DNA from: a virus
Strand: one strand, 5' to 3'
Virus record (IMG/VR): IMGVR_UViG_3300028827_000102
Location: 44,581 to 108,580 of that record
DNA length: 64,000 nucleotides
The notes below the pieces were generated by a model that saw only the letters and a program-made list of their open reading frames with translations, did no database searches and was not told the DNA's origin. Position 1 is the stretch's first letter. Every line of letters begins with the position of its first letter. Below are positions 9,092-17,888 of the stretch, one piece after another. Made by a program: the position numbers and the translations under genes.

Positions 9092-10089
9092 TCATTCACC
9101 TCTATCAACATTTTTCTGGCTATTTTTTCTGCCATAATAATCATATCTTGTTGTAGGTTTTCTTTTTCTAAGAACTCGTGGAGGTGCATAAGCGGATCTT
9201 CAAAAGACGATTCATACTTGCCATGCACCTTAACTGGAGGTTCATAGATTATATTGTCAGGCAAGACTACATTAGGATCAAGCTCTTTTTGTGGCTTTAA
9301 TTTTAAGAATTCAGGTAAATCATCACCTTTAAATTCATCCCAAACAACTAGAGGATATGGATGGTTGATGCGAACAAATTTTGGTTTTGCTTTGCCTGTG
9401 TCTACGATAAGAACGCCTTTATTTTCATCCTCACCAAAATTTACCTGATGTGGCGATCCTGGATAATAAGCGTTGTCAGATATCTTCTGCCTTTTGTGTA
9501 TATCACCAAGAGCCCAGTATACTATATCTGGCACATGGGGTATTTTGATTTGATTTGATTTTATTACCTTTGTACCATTATCCGTCACGGCTCCTGTAAC
9601 AGCTTCGTGCATAACCGCAATTATAGGTTTATTGCTTCTTGTCCTTATCTTTTCCACCATAGATTTTACTACTATATCAAAGTCATATCCAGACCAACCA
9701 TGAAAAGGTAACAATAAAAACACAACATCATTTATTTCGACAAAATCAGGCAGACCGTCACATATAACATGTTTACCAATAGGTAAATGAGACAGATAAT
9801 TAAGAGCCGTATCACCAAACTTATGTGATACTCTTTGATCATGATTGCCAGAAATAGCTATAACCGGTATAGGACAAGAATGCAACCAACCAGAAAATAA
9901 CAATCTTTCGCTGTTTGTTAAATCCGGTCTATCCCAAATATCGCCAGATATAACTATAGCTTCTGCTTTGTATCTATTTGCTATGGCTGTTATTTTGTTT
10001 AGTGTAAATTTGTGTCTTATAAGGTATTTACCAGGAAACTTTGCCCTTAGACAGTTTAAATGTAAATCTGCAGTGTGTAAAAATCTCAT
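9088..10089 (-). CDS. sbcD: SbcD/Mre11/gp47-like nuclease
   Basis: HTADLH, SGDIWD, GNHD, ALGDIH, YPGSP. Confidence 0.93.
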   Translation of the reverse strand: MRFLHTADLHLNCLRAKFPGKYLIRHKFTLNKITAIANRYKAEAIVISGDIWDRPDLTNSERLLFSGWLHSCPIPVIAISGNHDQRVSHKFGDTALNYLSHLPIGKHVICDGLPDFVEINDVVFLLLPFHGWSGYDFDIVVKSMVEKIRTRSNKPIIAVMHEAVTGAVTDNGTKVIKSNQIKIPHVPDIVYWALGDIHKRQKISDNAYYPGSPHQVNFGEDENKGVLIVDTGKAKPKFVRINHPYPLVVWDEFKGDDLPEFLKLKPQKELDPNVVLPDNIIYEPPVKVHGKYESSFEDPLMHLHEFLEKENLQQDMIIMAEKIARKMLIEVNE

Positions 10090-10343
10090 AGGTCATTTTT
10101 ACGTATGGCTGTACGGTAGTTGTCAATACTACGCAAGGCCGCTTTTGTTATCAGTTTGTGTACTATTCTAGCCAATTCATCATAAAATTCGTCATCTAGT
10201 ACCCTCATGCCCATACTATGCAACAAAGAGTTAACTTTACTTTTATTAATTAAACGTGATACATTTCCATCTTTGGCCCATTTTTTAGAATGGCGTTTTA
10301 CGGTTACTCTGTCTTTTATTTTTTTCTGTTCTGAACCATTCAT
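10086..10343 (-). CDS. Bacterial-type (alpha3) histone-fold protein with basic N-terminal tail
   Basis: LINKSKVNSLL...GMRV...FYDELARIVHKLITKAALRSIDNYRTAIRKNDL matches the LI/VxxSKV start and R...D clamp end of Bdellovibrio/Leptospira histones. ATGA overlaps on both sides. Confidence 0.8.
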   Translation of the reverse strand: MNGSEQKKIKDRVTVKRHSKKWAKDGNVSRLINKSKVNSLLHSMGMRVLDDEFYDELARIVHKLITKAALRSIDNYRTAIRKNDL

Positions 10344-10546
10344 TGTATTTTTTGCTTGAATTCTCTATACGTAGTTATAAGACTACGTATTTCATTTTCT
10401 TTAGATAAGACAAATGCTAGTGTTAATACCGAAGCGGCTACGGACATCAAACCAGTACGTACCTTATCAAACAACTCAAACGGAGATGGATTGTGGTACA
10501 TATTTATTGCATAAGATGGAAATGTATGCGATTGTTTATCAGACAT
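10340..10546 (-). CDS. Small membrane-anchored hypothetical protein
   Basis: One hydrophobic segment (GLMSVAASVLTLAFVL); coupled to recA and the histone gene. Confidence 0.55.
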   Translation of the reverse strand: MSDKQSHTFPSYAINMYHNPSPFELFDKVRTGLMSVAASVLTLAFVLSKENEIRSLITTYREFKQKIQ

Positions 10547-10547
10547 G

Positions 10548-11702
10548 CTATTCTCCCTCTACTTCTACAGAATCATCTGTGCCGTCTAAAGCGTAGTTTT
10601 TATATCCTAGTAGCTTAAAATGTCGTCTATATACAGCATCCTTTTTTAGTAGAGAAAAACAATAATTTCGGAATTCGTCGCTCTCAGCTACTTTTCTAAA
10701 TGCATCCCAAGCTAGATATTTGTCTGTAAAAAACTTTTTAAGCAGTATTTTATTTTTTCCCTGTTTTCTTTCCACCATTCCTATTGCTTCTAGGAAATCT
10801 AGACCGTCTTGAGCTTTATCTATGCCCTTGCCCATTATAATGTCTAATTCAAACTCTTGAAAAGCGGGGAAAGTCTTGTTTTTTATTGTCCTTACCCATA
10901 CATGTTGGCGATACATACCAACTTTATCTTCTTCGGCTTTCTTTCTACCGTGTACTCTAATTGCATAATCAGGATAATACTTCCAAGCCTGCCCTCCTGT
11001 AGGTGCTTCCGGATTAGCACCAGGCATACGCATATTTATATTCATACGTATCTGATTAGAAGCTATCATTATGGCGCCTTTGTGTGCCAGTAATGATTTA
11101 GTTACGCCAAGAAAACGAGAATGCATTCTAGCTTCTAATCCAGCTGCACCTTCTCCCGTTTCCACATCTCTACTCTTAGAAAACATGGCAGCGACACTAT
11201 CCAACAAAATCAAACAACTTGGTTTATTTATATCATGCAAATTCACATCCGGTAGACGTCTAAGAAATCTATGTAGATGTTTATATACCCCTTCACCTGT
11301 TTCTGGTTGAGCATAAAAATACGCAGGAACATTCTTTCCGTTTATTTCTATTGTTTTGTGTATATCTAATCCTTGTGTACGCATATAAACAGGATCGGCT
11401 GAATGTTCTGTATCATAATGAACAATCGGAATATCTAACTTTTGTCCAGATATCGCACAAGCTTGTAAAAATGTACTTTTTCCGGAAGCTTCTGGACCGT
11501 ATATATGCACTAGCCTGCCACACTGAAAACCTCCACCTAACTTCAGATCTGCTATGAGAGATCCAGTAGACAGGGCTTTATCTACACGATGTGCTTCTCC
11601 CAACGAAACGCAACGTATTTCATCTTTTGTATCATTAAATGCATCTACTATAGCTGTTACCGGATCGGTAAATTCTATATCAGACTTTTTCTTTCTCGGC
11701 AT
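10548..11702 (-). CDS. recA: RecA/UvsX recombinase
   Basis: STGSL.AD..LGGG, GPEASGKST, YDTEH, LDSVAAM, NQIR, GGQAWKYY, IKNK. Confidence 0.95.
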   Translation of the reverse strand: MPRKKKSDIEFTDPVTAIVDAFNDTKDEIRCVSLGEAHRVDKALSTGSLIADLKLGGGFQCGRLVHIYGPEASGKSTFLQACAISGQKLDIPIVHYDTEHSADPVYMRTQGLDIHKTIEINGKNVPAYFYAQPETGEGVYKHLHRFLRRLPDVNLHDINKPSCLILLDSVAAMFSKSRDVETGEGAAGLEARMHSRFLGVTKSLLAHKGAIMIASNQIRMNINMRMPGANPEAPTGGQAWKYYPDYAIRVHGRKKAEEDKVGMYRQHVWVRTIKNKTFPAFQEFELDIIMGKGIDKAQDGLDFLEAIGMVERKQGKNKILLKKFFTDKYLAWDAFRKVAESDEFRNYCFSLLKKDAVYRRHFKLLGYKNYALDGTDDSVEVEGE

Positions 11703-11806
11703 TACACTACCTTATCATTTTCTAGATCTATGCACATCGGTAGCCAGAAGCAATTGGCGCATACTTCTTCTTCTCTATACCTGCCATAACAAGCAGGTTT
11801 ACCCCT
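11702..11806 (-). other. In-frame 34-codon Cys4 extension after the SSB UGA stop (candidate readthrough domain)
   Basis: Reads RGKPACYGRYREEEVCANCFWLPMCIDLENDKVV*; its TAA overlaps the recA ATG (TAATG). Confidence 0.6.
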
Positions 11807-12889
11807 TCAATCAAAAGTTAGATCGTCATCGTCATCGAAAGAAAAATCATCAAGGTCGTCAGAAGAATCGGAAGAATCATCGTCATCATCATCGAAAGAA
11901 AGGTCATCGTCATCATCATCGAAAGAAAGGTCATCGTCATCATTCTTATTTTTTGCCTTCTTTTTATTGCCCTTATTGCTTTTATTGCTCTTATTGCCTC
12001 TTTTTCTGCTGCTATTTTTCTTAGTATTTGTCTTCTCTTCGTCTACAGTATCTTCGTCATCAAAAGAAATGTCATCAAGATCATCATCATTGTCAGTATC
12101 AAATTCAATATCGTCAGAAGACGTGCCAGACACAGATACAGACACAGGAGCCCCAGTAGCTTTAGCTAAAGCAGCGTAACACCCCAACGAGTGTAACTTC
12201 TGTTCCAACACATCTGAATCTATGGTTTCTATTGAATCAAGCAAATCTACTAGTACGCCTTTATGTACCTTCCCCCCTAGCTTACATACATAAGCATCCT
12301 TATTTTCAATGTATTTCACGGGGAGACGTTTTCCTGTGGATACGAATTTGTATTCTACTCCACTCATATATGGATTGCTGCTCTTTTGTGCTAGCCATGT
12401 GAGCACTACACCACGCTTGTCGTCGTCAACAGAAGAACCTATTGCTTCTGCTATTCCCTTAAGTTCCTTCCACTCCAATACGTTCATATTTACCAGGCCC
12501 CACTGCTCGTCCGCGTTTTTCTTTATATTTGTGATGTGGAAAGCATGAGCCAAGTATCTGAAACTCTGAGGCATACGCAACCACTCAAAATCATTTCTCA
12601 CGTCTATATACTTGTGGAAATTGGCGCATATGGGGCAACCATTATCGACACTGGTAGCCTCAGCTATATCCCAATTTGGACATAAAGTATAGAATCCCTT
12701 TAGATCGTTTGATCCCTTTGGAACAAACTTGACGTAGTGTGTAACTATGGTAGCAAATCCACCTACCAGCCTAATCTGTACCGGCTTTCCAATAGACGGT
12801 CTAGAAAGCAGAGGAAGCATTTCATCCCAACGTGAATCCGACTGCTGCCCAGGAACCTCTCCCATAGAACGGAAACCCTTTTTTCTCAT
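11807..12889 (-). CDS. ssb: Single-stranded DNA-binding protein (gp32-like) with acidic tail
   Basis: SD AAGGAG; H...C...CPIC Zn site, OB-like core, acidic tail ending DDDDLTFD; adjacent to recA. Confidence 0.75.
   Translation of the reverse strand: MRKKGFRSMGEVPGQQSDSRWDEMLPLLSRPSIGKPVQIRLVGGFATIVTHYVKFVPKGSNDLKGFYTLCPNWDIAEATSVDNGCPICANFHKYIDVRNDFEWLRMPQSFRYLAHAFHITNIKKNADEQWGLVNMNVLEWKELKGIAEAIGSSVDDDKRGVVLTWLAQKSSNPYMSGVEYKFVSTGKRLPVKYIENKDAYVCKLGGKVHKGVLVDLLDSIETIDSDVLEQKLHSLGCYAALAKATGAPVSVSVSGTSSDDIEFDTDNDDDLDDISFDDEDTVDEEKTNTKKNSSRKRGNKSNKSNKGNKKKAKNKNDDDDLSFDDDDDDLSFDDDDDDSSDSSDDLDDFSFDDDDDLTFD
11877..11944. repeat. 27-bp tandem repeat (about 2.5 copies) encoding LSFDDDDDD
   Basis: tcatcgtcatcatcatcgaaagaaagg at 11877 and 11904, partial third copy. 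Confidence 0.85.
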
Positions 12890-12907
12890 GTCTGACTCCT
12901 TGTTTGT

Positions 12908-14269
12908 TTAAATATTGTCGATACGATTGGCCATTTCTTTTGCCACTTGTACCTTACACGCTAACTGTCGAAGTGTTTCTGAATATACTTCAGCCATATC
13001 TAATCCAGAATTATCTATGCCATCTAGAAGACCATTACGTAAACATAATACCCTACACTCATCTTTTGTCAAGTGCTTTAACATCTTTAGAATGAAATCC
13101 TTCGTTTCATCATTTACAGTAAAAGTATGCTCTTCATCTGGGACATATACAAGCTTATCTTTATCATATACAGAAACTTCTTTCCATTCTGCATCTTCCT
13201 TTTGATCTTGGTCATAACTTACCACCTGCGAAGCTTGTACTTCTCTTAATGTATCTTCTATTTTCTGTACACTACACCCTACTTCCTCTGCCAGCATATC
13301 ATTAGTTGGTTCAAAGATATTTAGTTCTGAAGCTAACTTACCAGCAGCTGATTGAATCTTTTGGTACATTCTCCATGTAGATGATGGTATTTTTATTAGT
13401 GGACCTCCACTAGATTTTCTGTATGCTTGTATTCTCTGTACTACCCACTGACGGGCAAAAGTGGGAAAAGACATGCGTTGTCTATAATCATAGTCAGAAA
13501 CAGCTCTCCATAAGCCAAAAGAACCAGCTTGTAGCATATCACTGGCATGTAGGTCAGAATAAGCATATTTACGTACTTCTACTACCACTAATTTCATGTA
13601 TGATTGCACAATGCGATTCTGTATTGTAGAAATACGTTTCACTATATTATTCACTATGCCGACAACTCCGTATAAATAGTTTGGGTACATTATTCCAGCT
13701 CTCTGTTCAATAAGCCTTTTTTTATCCGTAAGTTTGCTTATTCTCTTCATTATTGACACAATCTCATCGTTGTCAGTAGACAACGAAACCTTTGTCTTTA
13801 AGGTTGCCAGTTCTAATTCTATTTGCTGGTAGTTAGAAGTAATGGCATCAAATGTACGCAATATTGCTTCATATCTGCTATTACGTAAACGTAGCCTTTC
13901 TAAAACAGCCTTAGTTTCTTTTTCTGCTACATCTCTCGGAGATGCTGCTAGCCTGAATAGACTATAACCGGTACTTAGTATCTGCAAATTTCCTGTACCG
14001 ATTTGTACATCGTTGATAGTAGTAAAACCTTTGCACGATTCATCGTATATACTATATTTTTCGTTTTTGACAGCACCTCCAGCAATCCTGTAAAGAATAT
14101 AACATATATTGTCTTCCACAAATGTGGTGTATTTTACCAATTCTTGTATGCCGATACTTGTGTATATTTCTATATCTTTAAACAAGGAATCCAATGTATG
14201 GTAATCTATATCCGGGGCAGATAATATTTGCTTTGCAATGCTATTGAACATTTCAAATTTATCGGACAT
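12908..14269 (-). CDS. Phage sigma-70 (RpoD-like) factor
   Basis: Region 2 LVVVEVRKY...DMLQAGSFGLWRAVSDYD...FPTFARQWV; region 3 EPTNDMLAEEVG; region 4.1 LTKDECRVLCLRNGL. Confidence 0.88.
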   Translation of the reverse strand: MSDKFEMFNSIAKQILSAPDIDYHTLDSLFKDIEIYTSIGIQELVKYTTFVEDNICYILYRIAGGAVKNEKYSIYDESCKGFTTINDVQIGTGNLQILSTGYSLFRLAASPRDVAEKETKAVLERLRLRNSRYEAILRTFDAITSNYQQIELELATLKTKVSLSTDNDEIVSIMKRISKLTDKKRLIEQRAGIMYPNYLYGVVGIVNNIVKRISTIQNRIVQSYMKLVVVEVRKYAYSDLHASDMLQAGSFGLWRAVSDYDYRQRMSFPTFARQWVVQRIQAYRKSSGGPLIKIPSSTWRMYQKIQSAAGKLASELNIFEPTNDMLAEEVGCSVQKIEDTLREVQASQVVSYDQDQKEDAEWKEVSVYDKDKLVYVPDEEHTFTVNDETKDFILKMLKHLTKDECRVLCLRNGLLDGIDNSGLDMAEVYSETLRQLACKVQVAKEMANRIDNI

Positions 14270-14280
14270 ACCAATGATCC

Positions 14281-14294
14281 TTATTTTTTAGTAG
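14281..14294 (+). promoter_or_regulatory. Candidate late promoter
   Basis: TTATTTTTTAGTAG, 15 nt before the ATG at 14310. Confidence 0.5.
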
Positions 14295-14309
14295 AATAGG
14301 ATATATAAC

Positions 14310-14915
14310 ATGCCAATAACAAAAAAATTTGATATACCGCAACTCACACTAAAACATATACTAAAATATTCAAATGTGAGTCCTGTTAAAAGTACAAGCG
14401 GACAGCGACTTAAATCGCCCGCGTCTAGAGTGTCTGAATGTACCTTGATATCTCATCAATATAGTACAGGTTCGCGCGATGGTTTCAGACGAACTAGACA
14501 TAAATATCCTACCATGTACAACGAATTTCGCGGTCTTGTACGTTGCAGCGGAAGCGGTAAGAAACGTTACACATATATCCGTTTCTATGGGCCTCCATCT
14601 CTAGACACTCCTGTTTGGGTGTGGTGTAGCTGTGAACATTTTGCTTACACCTATGAATGGGTTTTAGCAAAATATAAATCCAGTACTATTAGTGCGGGAT
14701 ACAATTCTGTAGGTGTGTCGATACGCCCAGAACCGCCACAAATACGTAACCCAAATAAGTACCCAGGAGCGTGCAAGCATATATTGCTAAGTGCCAAATA
14801 TGCTTTGACCAAAAAGGACCTTATAGAGCAAAGGGAAGCATATGTGGCGGATCTGAAGCGGGCACGCCGCAATAAGATTTTACAGCGTGCCCGCCCCATC
14901 AAGCTTATCCGTTAA
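14310..14915 (+). CDS. SWIM zinc-finger protein
   Basis: VWCSCEHF...GACKH. Confidence 0.75.
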   Translation: MPITKKFDIPQLTLKHILKYSNVSPVKSTSGQRLKSPASRVSECTLISHQYSTGSRDGFRRTRHKYPTMYNEFRGLVRCSGSGKKRYTYIRFYGPPSLDTPVWVWCSCEHFAYTYEWVLAKYKSSTISAGYNSVGVSIRPEPPQIRNPNKYPGACKHILLSAKYALTKKDLIEQREAYVADLKRARRNKILQRARPIKLIR

Positions 14916-15237
14916 CCGACGTCATATCATCATTTGCCAAATCGATACGAATGGAGTGCGAACGGACAAGAGGACCGAGCATAGCCTTCACCACTGTTCG
15001 CAAAGAACGAATGGTTCTACCGTCGCCACCAAGAAACGGACCCCTATCCTTTGGATGCAAATCAAACTCCAGAACCGTCACTCTGCTAGTGCGCATGATA
15101 CGCACGGTAGCGTCCTCTGGATGCTTGGCGATATGATATGCTAGCAACATTACGATCTTTGCAAGGCTAAGGTTGCGCATATCTTCAGTAACCATGTCCT
15201 CAAGTCGGTAAACACCATCAGTAATAGTATCAGTCAT
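14905..15237 (-). CDS. khpA: KhpA/YlqC-like single KH-domain RNA-binding protein
   Basis: AKHPEDATV...LEFDLHPKDRGPFLGGDGRTIRSLRTVV matches KhpA PEDV...D.G.vIGK.GRT..alRT; SD GGAGAGG. Confidence 0.8.
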   Translation of the reverse strand: MTDTITDGVYRLEDMVTEDMRNLSLAKIVMLLAYHIAKHPEDATVRIMRTSRVTVLEFDLHPKDRGPFLGGDGRTIRSLRTVVKAMLGPLVRSHSIRIDLANDDMTSVNG

Positions 15238-16190
15238 TGTACCTCTCCTTCGTCTATTTTCTGAGAAGTTTCGATTTTCCGTTCCGCTGTCCTATCTTGC
15301 GGTCTCTTGTCTTCTGGATACACCTCGTCGTGCAAAAGGGTTTCAAGCAAAGGGGAAAAGCACATCTGATTAACTTCACAATATCTCGCTGTTGGGTCTC
15401 CCTGACTAGTACATACACCTATCGGAGCGTTTGGTTGTTTCAAACTGTCTTCCGCTGTTTTTATCAGGGCCATTGTCTCTCTGTAAACCCTACGAGATAC
15501 CGGCATCTGTATCGGTACCCACCCTTTCCAATTCCAAGGTGTACCTCTGTCAATATACACTATCACAACACTGTTTATTTTTTCTACTTTTCCTAGATCT
15601 TGACCTCCTATGTTTATTGCATTGGCATAGCAATTAACTTGCACATAGTGCTTTGGGTACGCACTTCTACTATTACGTATCTCGGCTAGCTTGTCAAGGG
15701 AAGATCCCTTAAAATCGACCAGCACATTGTGTCGATAGCTGTCAAAACTAAGAATCATATCTATGTGTCCGGTGAAAGGAACTTTACGATTTTTTGTGAT
15801 TGCATATTCATGGTACATCATTTCTTTTCCACACACCGAACATTTTTGTATACCTAGTTTATGCTTTTTTATCTTCTTACATTTTCGACAGACCCAACAA
15901 CCATAAGCATTGTTAGGCAACATTATTCCGAACCATCGTTGTAGAGCTATGTGTAAAGCCGTGCCTTCTAATGTGGCTGCGTCGCTTATAAACGTATCCT
16001 CTGTTTTCGGTCTTTTACTTAATGGCAAATGTCTATAAATATAGTATTTACGCGGACAGATTGGTAAACTACTTGCTCTCTTTTCCACCCTAAAGGGTAC
16101 ATCGCTTTGCCGTCTTCCCTTTCTTACACGCTCTAGGGCTTGCGCTACCCTACCATCCAATGCTATACTACCCGGTAGTTGGATTTCCAT
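15234..16190 (-). CDS. Cas4-like PD-(D/E)XK exonuclease with Fe-S cysteines and an inserted Zn ribbon
   Basis: SSLPICPRKYY, GTALH, GHID, VDFK, QVNCYA, C-terminal C...C...C; insert CRKC...CSVC. Confidence 0.8.
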   Translation of the reverse strand: MEIQLPGSIALDGRVAQALERVRKGRRQSDVPFRVEKRASSLPICPRKYYIYRHLPLSKRPKTEDTFISDAATLEGTALHIALQRWFGIMLPNNAYGCWVCRKCKKIKKHKLGIQKCSVCGKEMMYHEYAITKNRKVPFTGHIDMILSFDSYRHNVLVDFKGSSLDKLAEIRNSRSAYPKHYVQVNCYANAINIGGQDLGKVEKINSVVIVYIDRGTPWNWKGWVPIQMPVSRRVYRETMALIKTAEDSLKQPNAPIGVCTSQGDPTARYCEVNQMCFSPLLETLLHDEVYPEDKRPQDRTAERKIETSQKIDEGEVQ

Positions 16191-16215
16191 TTCTCACCTT
16201 TCAGGCAAAAATACA

Positions 16216-17097
16216 ATGAACGATCTTACTACTATAATCCTTGCGGAACTGGCAAAACACGGAATAAAAGTAGCAAATATAAATGACAATTCTAGAAATA
16301 TTCAAGCTTTCTGTTTCAACGGACATGATCATGATACACCATCCCTATCAATACGCAAGAGCGATGGTGCTTTTTTCTGCTTTGGCTGTGGCACAAAAGG
16401 ACCAAATTGGAATGTACTAGCTGAAAAAATAGGGGCAAAAACCATCGACGACGGTGAAATGCCAAATCCTTTTGGCATCATGTATGAATATATAGAAAAA
16501 GCTATGACTGACTCTGGTGATGTTACCCTACCTATGGGAGCCATTCCTTGGGCGAAGGGAGCATGGCGATCATTACCAGAAAAATTTTTGAAAATGTTAG
16601 GTGCGTACTTTTGGTATGATTCTGGAGTACATGCAGATAGAATTCTTTTTCCCATTATACAGCTAGGTTCATTAGCCGGTTGGGTAGCTAGACGGCTAGA
16701 TGACGGGCGCATGAAATACAGGAATTCATCCGATCTAAGAAGCAGGGAAATATTGTATCCATATGACTTTGTGTATGATAGAGACCCGCGTACAATAGTA
16801 TTGGTGGAAGGACCATTCGATGCTTTACGATTATTACGTTTTCGTATACCGGCTTTAGCTTTTATGGGAACCAATAATTTTACAGAAGAAAATGCCATCA
16901 TGCTTTCGTCTTTTGTATCGGAAGTTATAGTGTGTACGGATAATGATGATGCTGGCAACAAATGTAGAAAAAATATAGTAACACCAATATGCAAAGACTA
17001 TGGATTAAAAGTAAGCCATTTCTTTCCCCCTAAAGGTTCTGACCCAGGAGACATGCCATTGCGTTATATACGAAAGCTAAAAGAGATTTGTTCTTAG
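16216..17097 (+). CDS. dnaG: DnaG-type DNA primase (CHC2 Zn finger plus TOPRIM)
   Basis: CFNGHDHDTPS...FCFGCG; LVEGPFD; TDNDDAG; GSDPGD. Confidence 0.92.
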   Translation: MNDLTTIILAELAKHGIKVANINDNSRNIQAFCFNGHDHDTPSLSIRKSDGAFFCFGCGTKGPNWNVLAEKIGAKTIDDGEMPNPFGIMYEYIEKAMTDSGDVTLPMGAIPWAKGAWRSLPEKFLKMLGAYFWYDSGVHADRILFPIIQLGSLAGWVARRLDDGRMKYRNSSDLRSREILYPYDFVYDRDPRTIVLVEGPFDALRLLRFRIPALAFMGTNNFTEENAIMLSSFVSEVIVCTDNDDAGNKCRKNIVTPICKDYGLKVSHFFPPKGSDPGDMPLRYIRKLKEICS

Positions 17098-17888
17098 TTT
17101 GTATATTTTTCTTCCACGCCTTTTGACATAAACTGAAACATTTTTTCTACAGATGCCTGCGTCGTTTCAATATCAAAACCTTCCAAAATATCCAGCAACA
17201 TCATTATTATACTAGATATACGAATTATATCTTTACATGCCTGTTCCATGTAAAACAGTCGAATAGTAGTATTCGACGTTTCATAGGCTATCACGTTGGA
17301 CTGTAAAGAATCCAATGCGTCATCAATACGTAAAATACTGAGTGAAGGTCTGAATAAACTTTGATATTCTTTTATGTCATCAAAGTTTTTATATCGAAAA
17401 TCTTTGTCATCTAAAACAGCTTTATACAAAAAACGCACGAATTCGTCAACATACGTAGATATACTCTTCTTGTTACCGTTTATTGTAATATCAGAATAAA
17501 TATACAACCAAAATAGACCTGACAAAGCCATATCTAAAACGGCCAATGCGGATAAACGTTCATGCTCTATAATTACATCCGTTGTTCTTTTACTATTTCC
17601 GTTTACTCCGAAAGATGGGTAATCTGTAGATAAAATTATACACGATTTACGCAAATCTTCTGCACGTAACAACGATGCTACAGATACATATAAAGTTGAA
17701 AAAGATCCTGTTGTTTTGTTTATATTGAAATCCTTATCTATTTTTTCTGCATACTTACCCATGTATGTATGCAGTTTTTTGGTTACTTCTTCCGCCCATC
17801 TCTGCATTGACACATTTTCTGGTCTACTTAGAAAGGCGTTCAACCGCGATACCAAAGTCTTTACCAAAATCAATTGTACACTCCACAC
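17094..17888 (-). CDS. Hypothetical all-alpha protein (true start probably near 17807-17813)
   Basis: Long ORF in the operon; no recognised motif. Confidence 0.55.
   Translation of the reverse strand: MWSVQLILVKTLVSRLNAFLSRPENVSMQRWAEEVTKKLHTYMGKYAEKIDKDFNINKTTGSFSTLYVSVASLLRAEDLRKSCIILSTDYPSFGVNGNSKRTTDVIIEHERLSALAVLDMALSGLFWLYIYSDITINGNKKSISTYVDEFVRFLYKAVLDDKDFRYKNFDDIKEYQSLFRPSLSILRIDDALDSLQSNVIAYETSNTTIRLFYMEQACKDIIRISSIIMMLLDILEGFDIETTQASVEKMFQFMSKGVEEKYTN

Noticed and set aside
11775-11809. Selenocysteine insertion at the SSB UGA as a firm call
   Set aside because: The hairpin is only loosely SECIS-like and the UGA falls in a linker rather than at a Cys position of the motif; kept only as an alternative.
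15234-16190. CRISPR-Cas system (cas4)
   Set aside because: No cas1/cas2, effector or array; solo Cas4-like nucleases are common in phage replication modules.
17094-17888. MazG / dimeric dUTPase assignment
   Set aside because: Helical and near dcd, but no convincing ExxE...ExxD motif.
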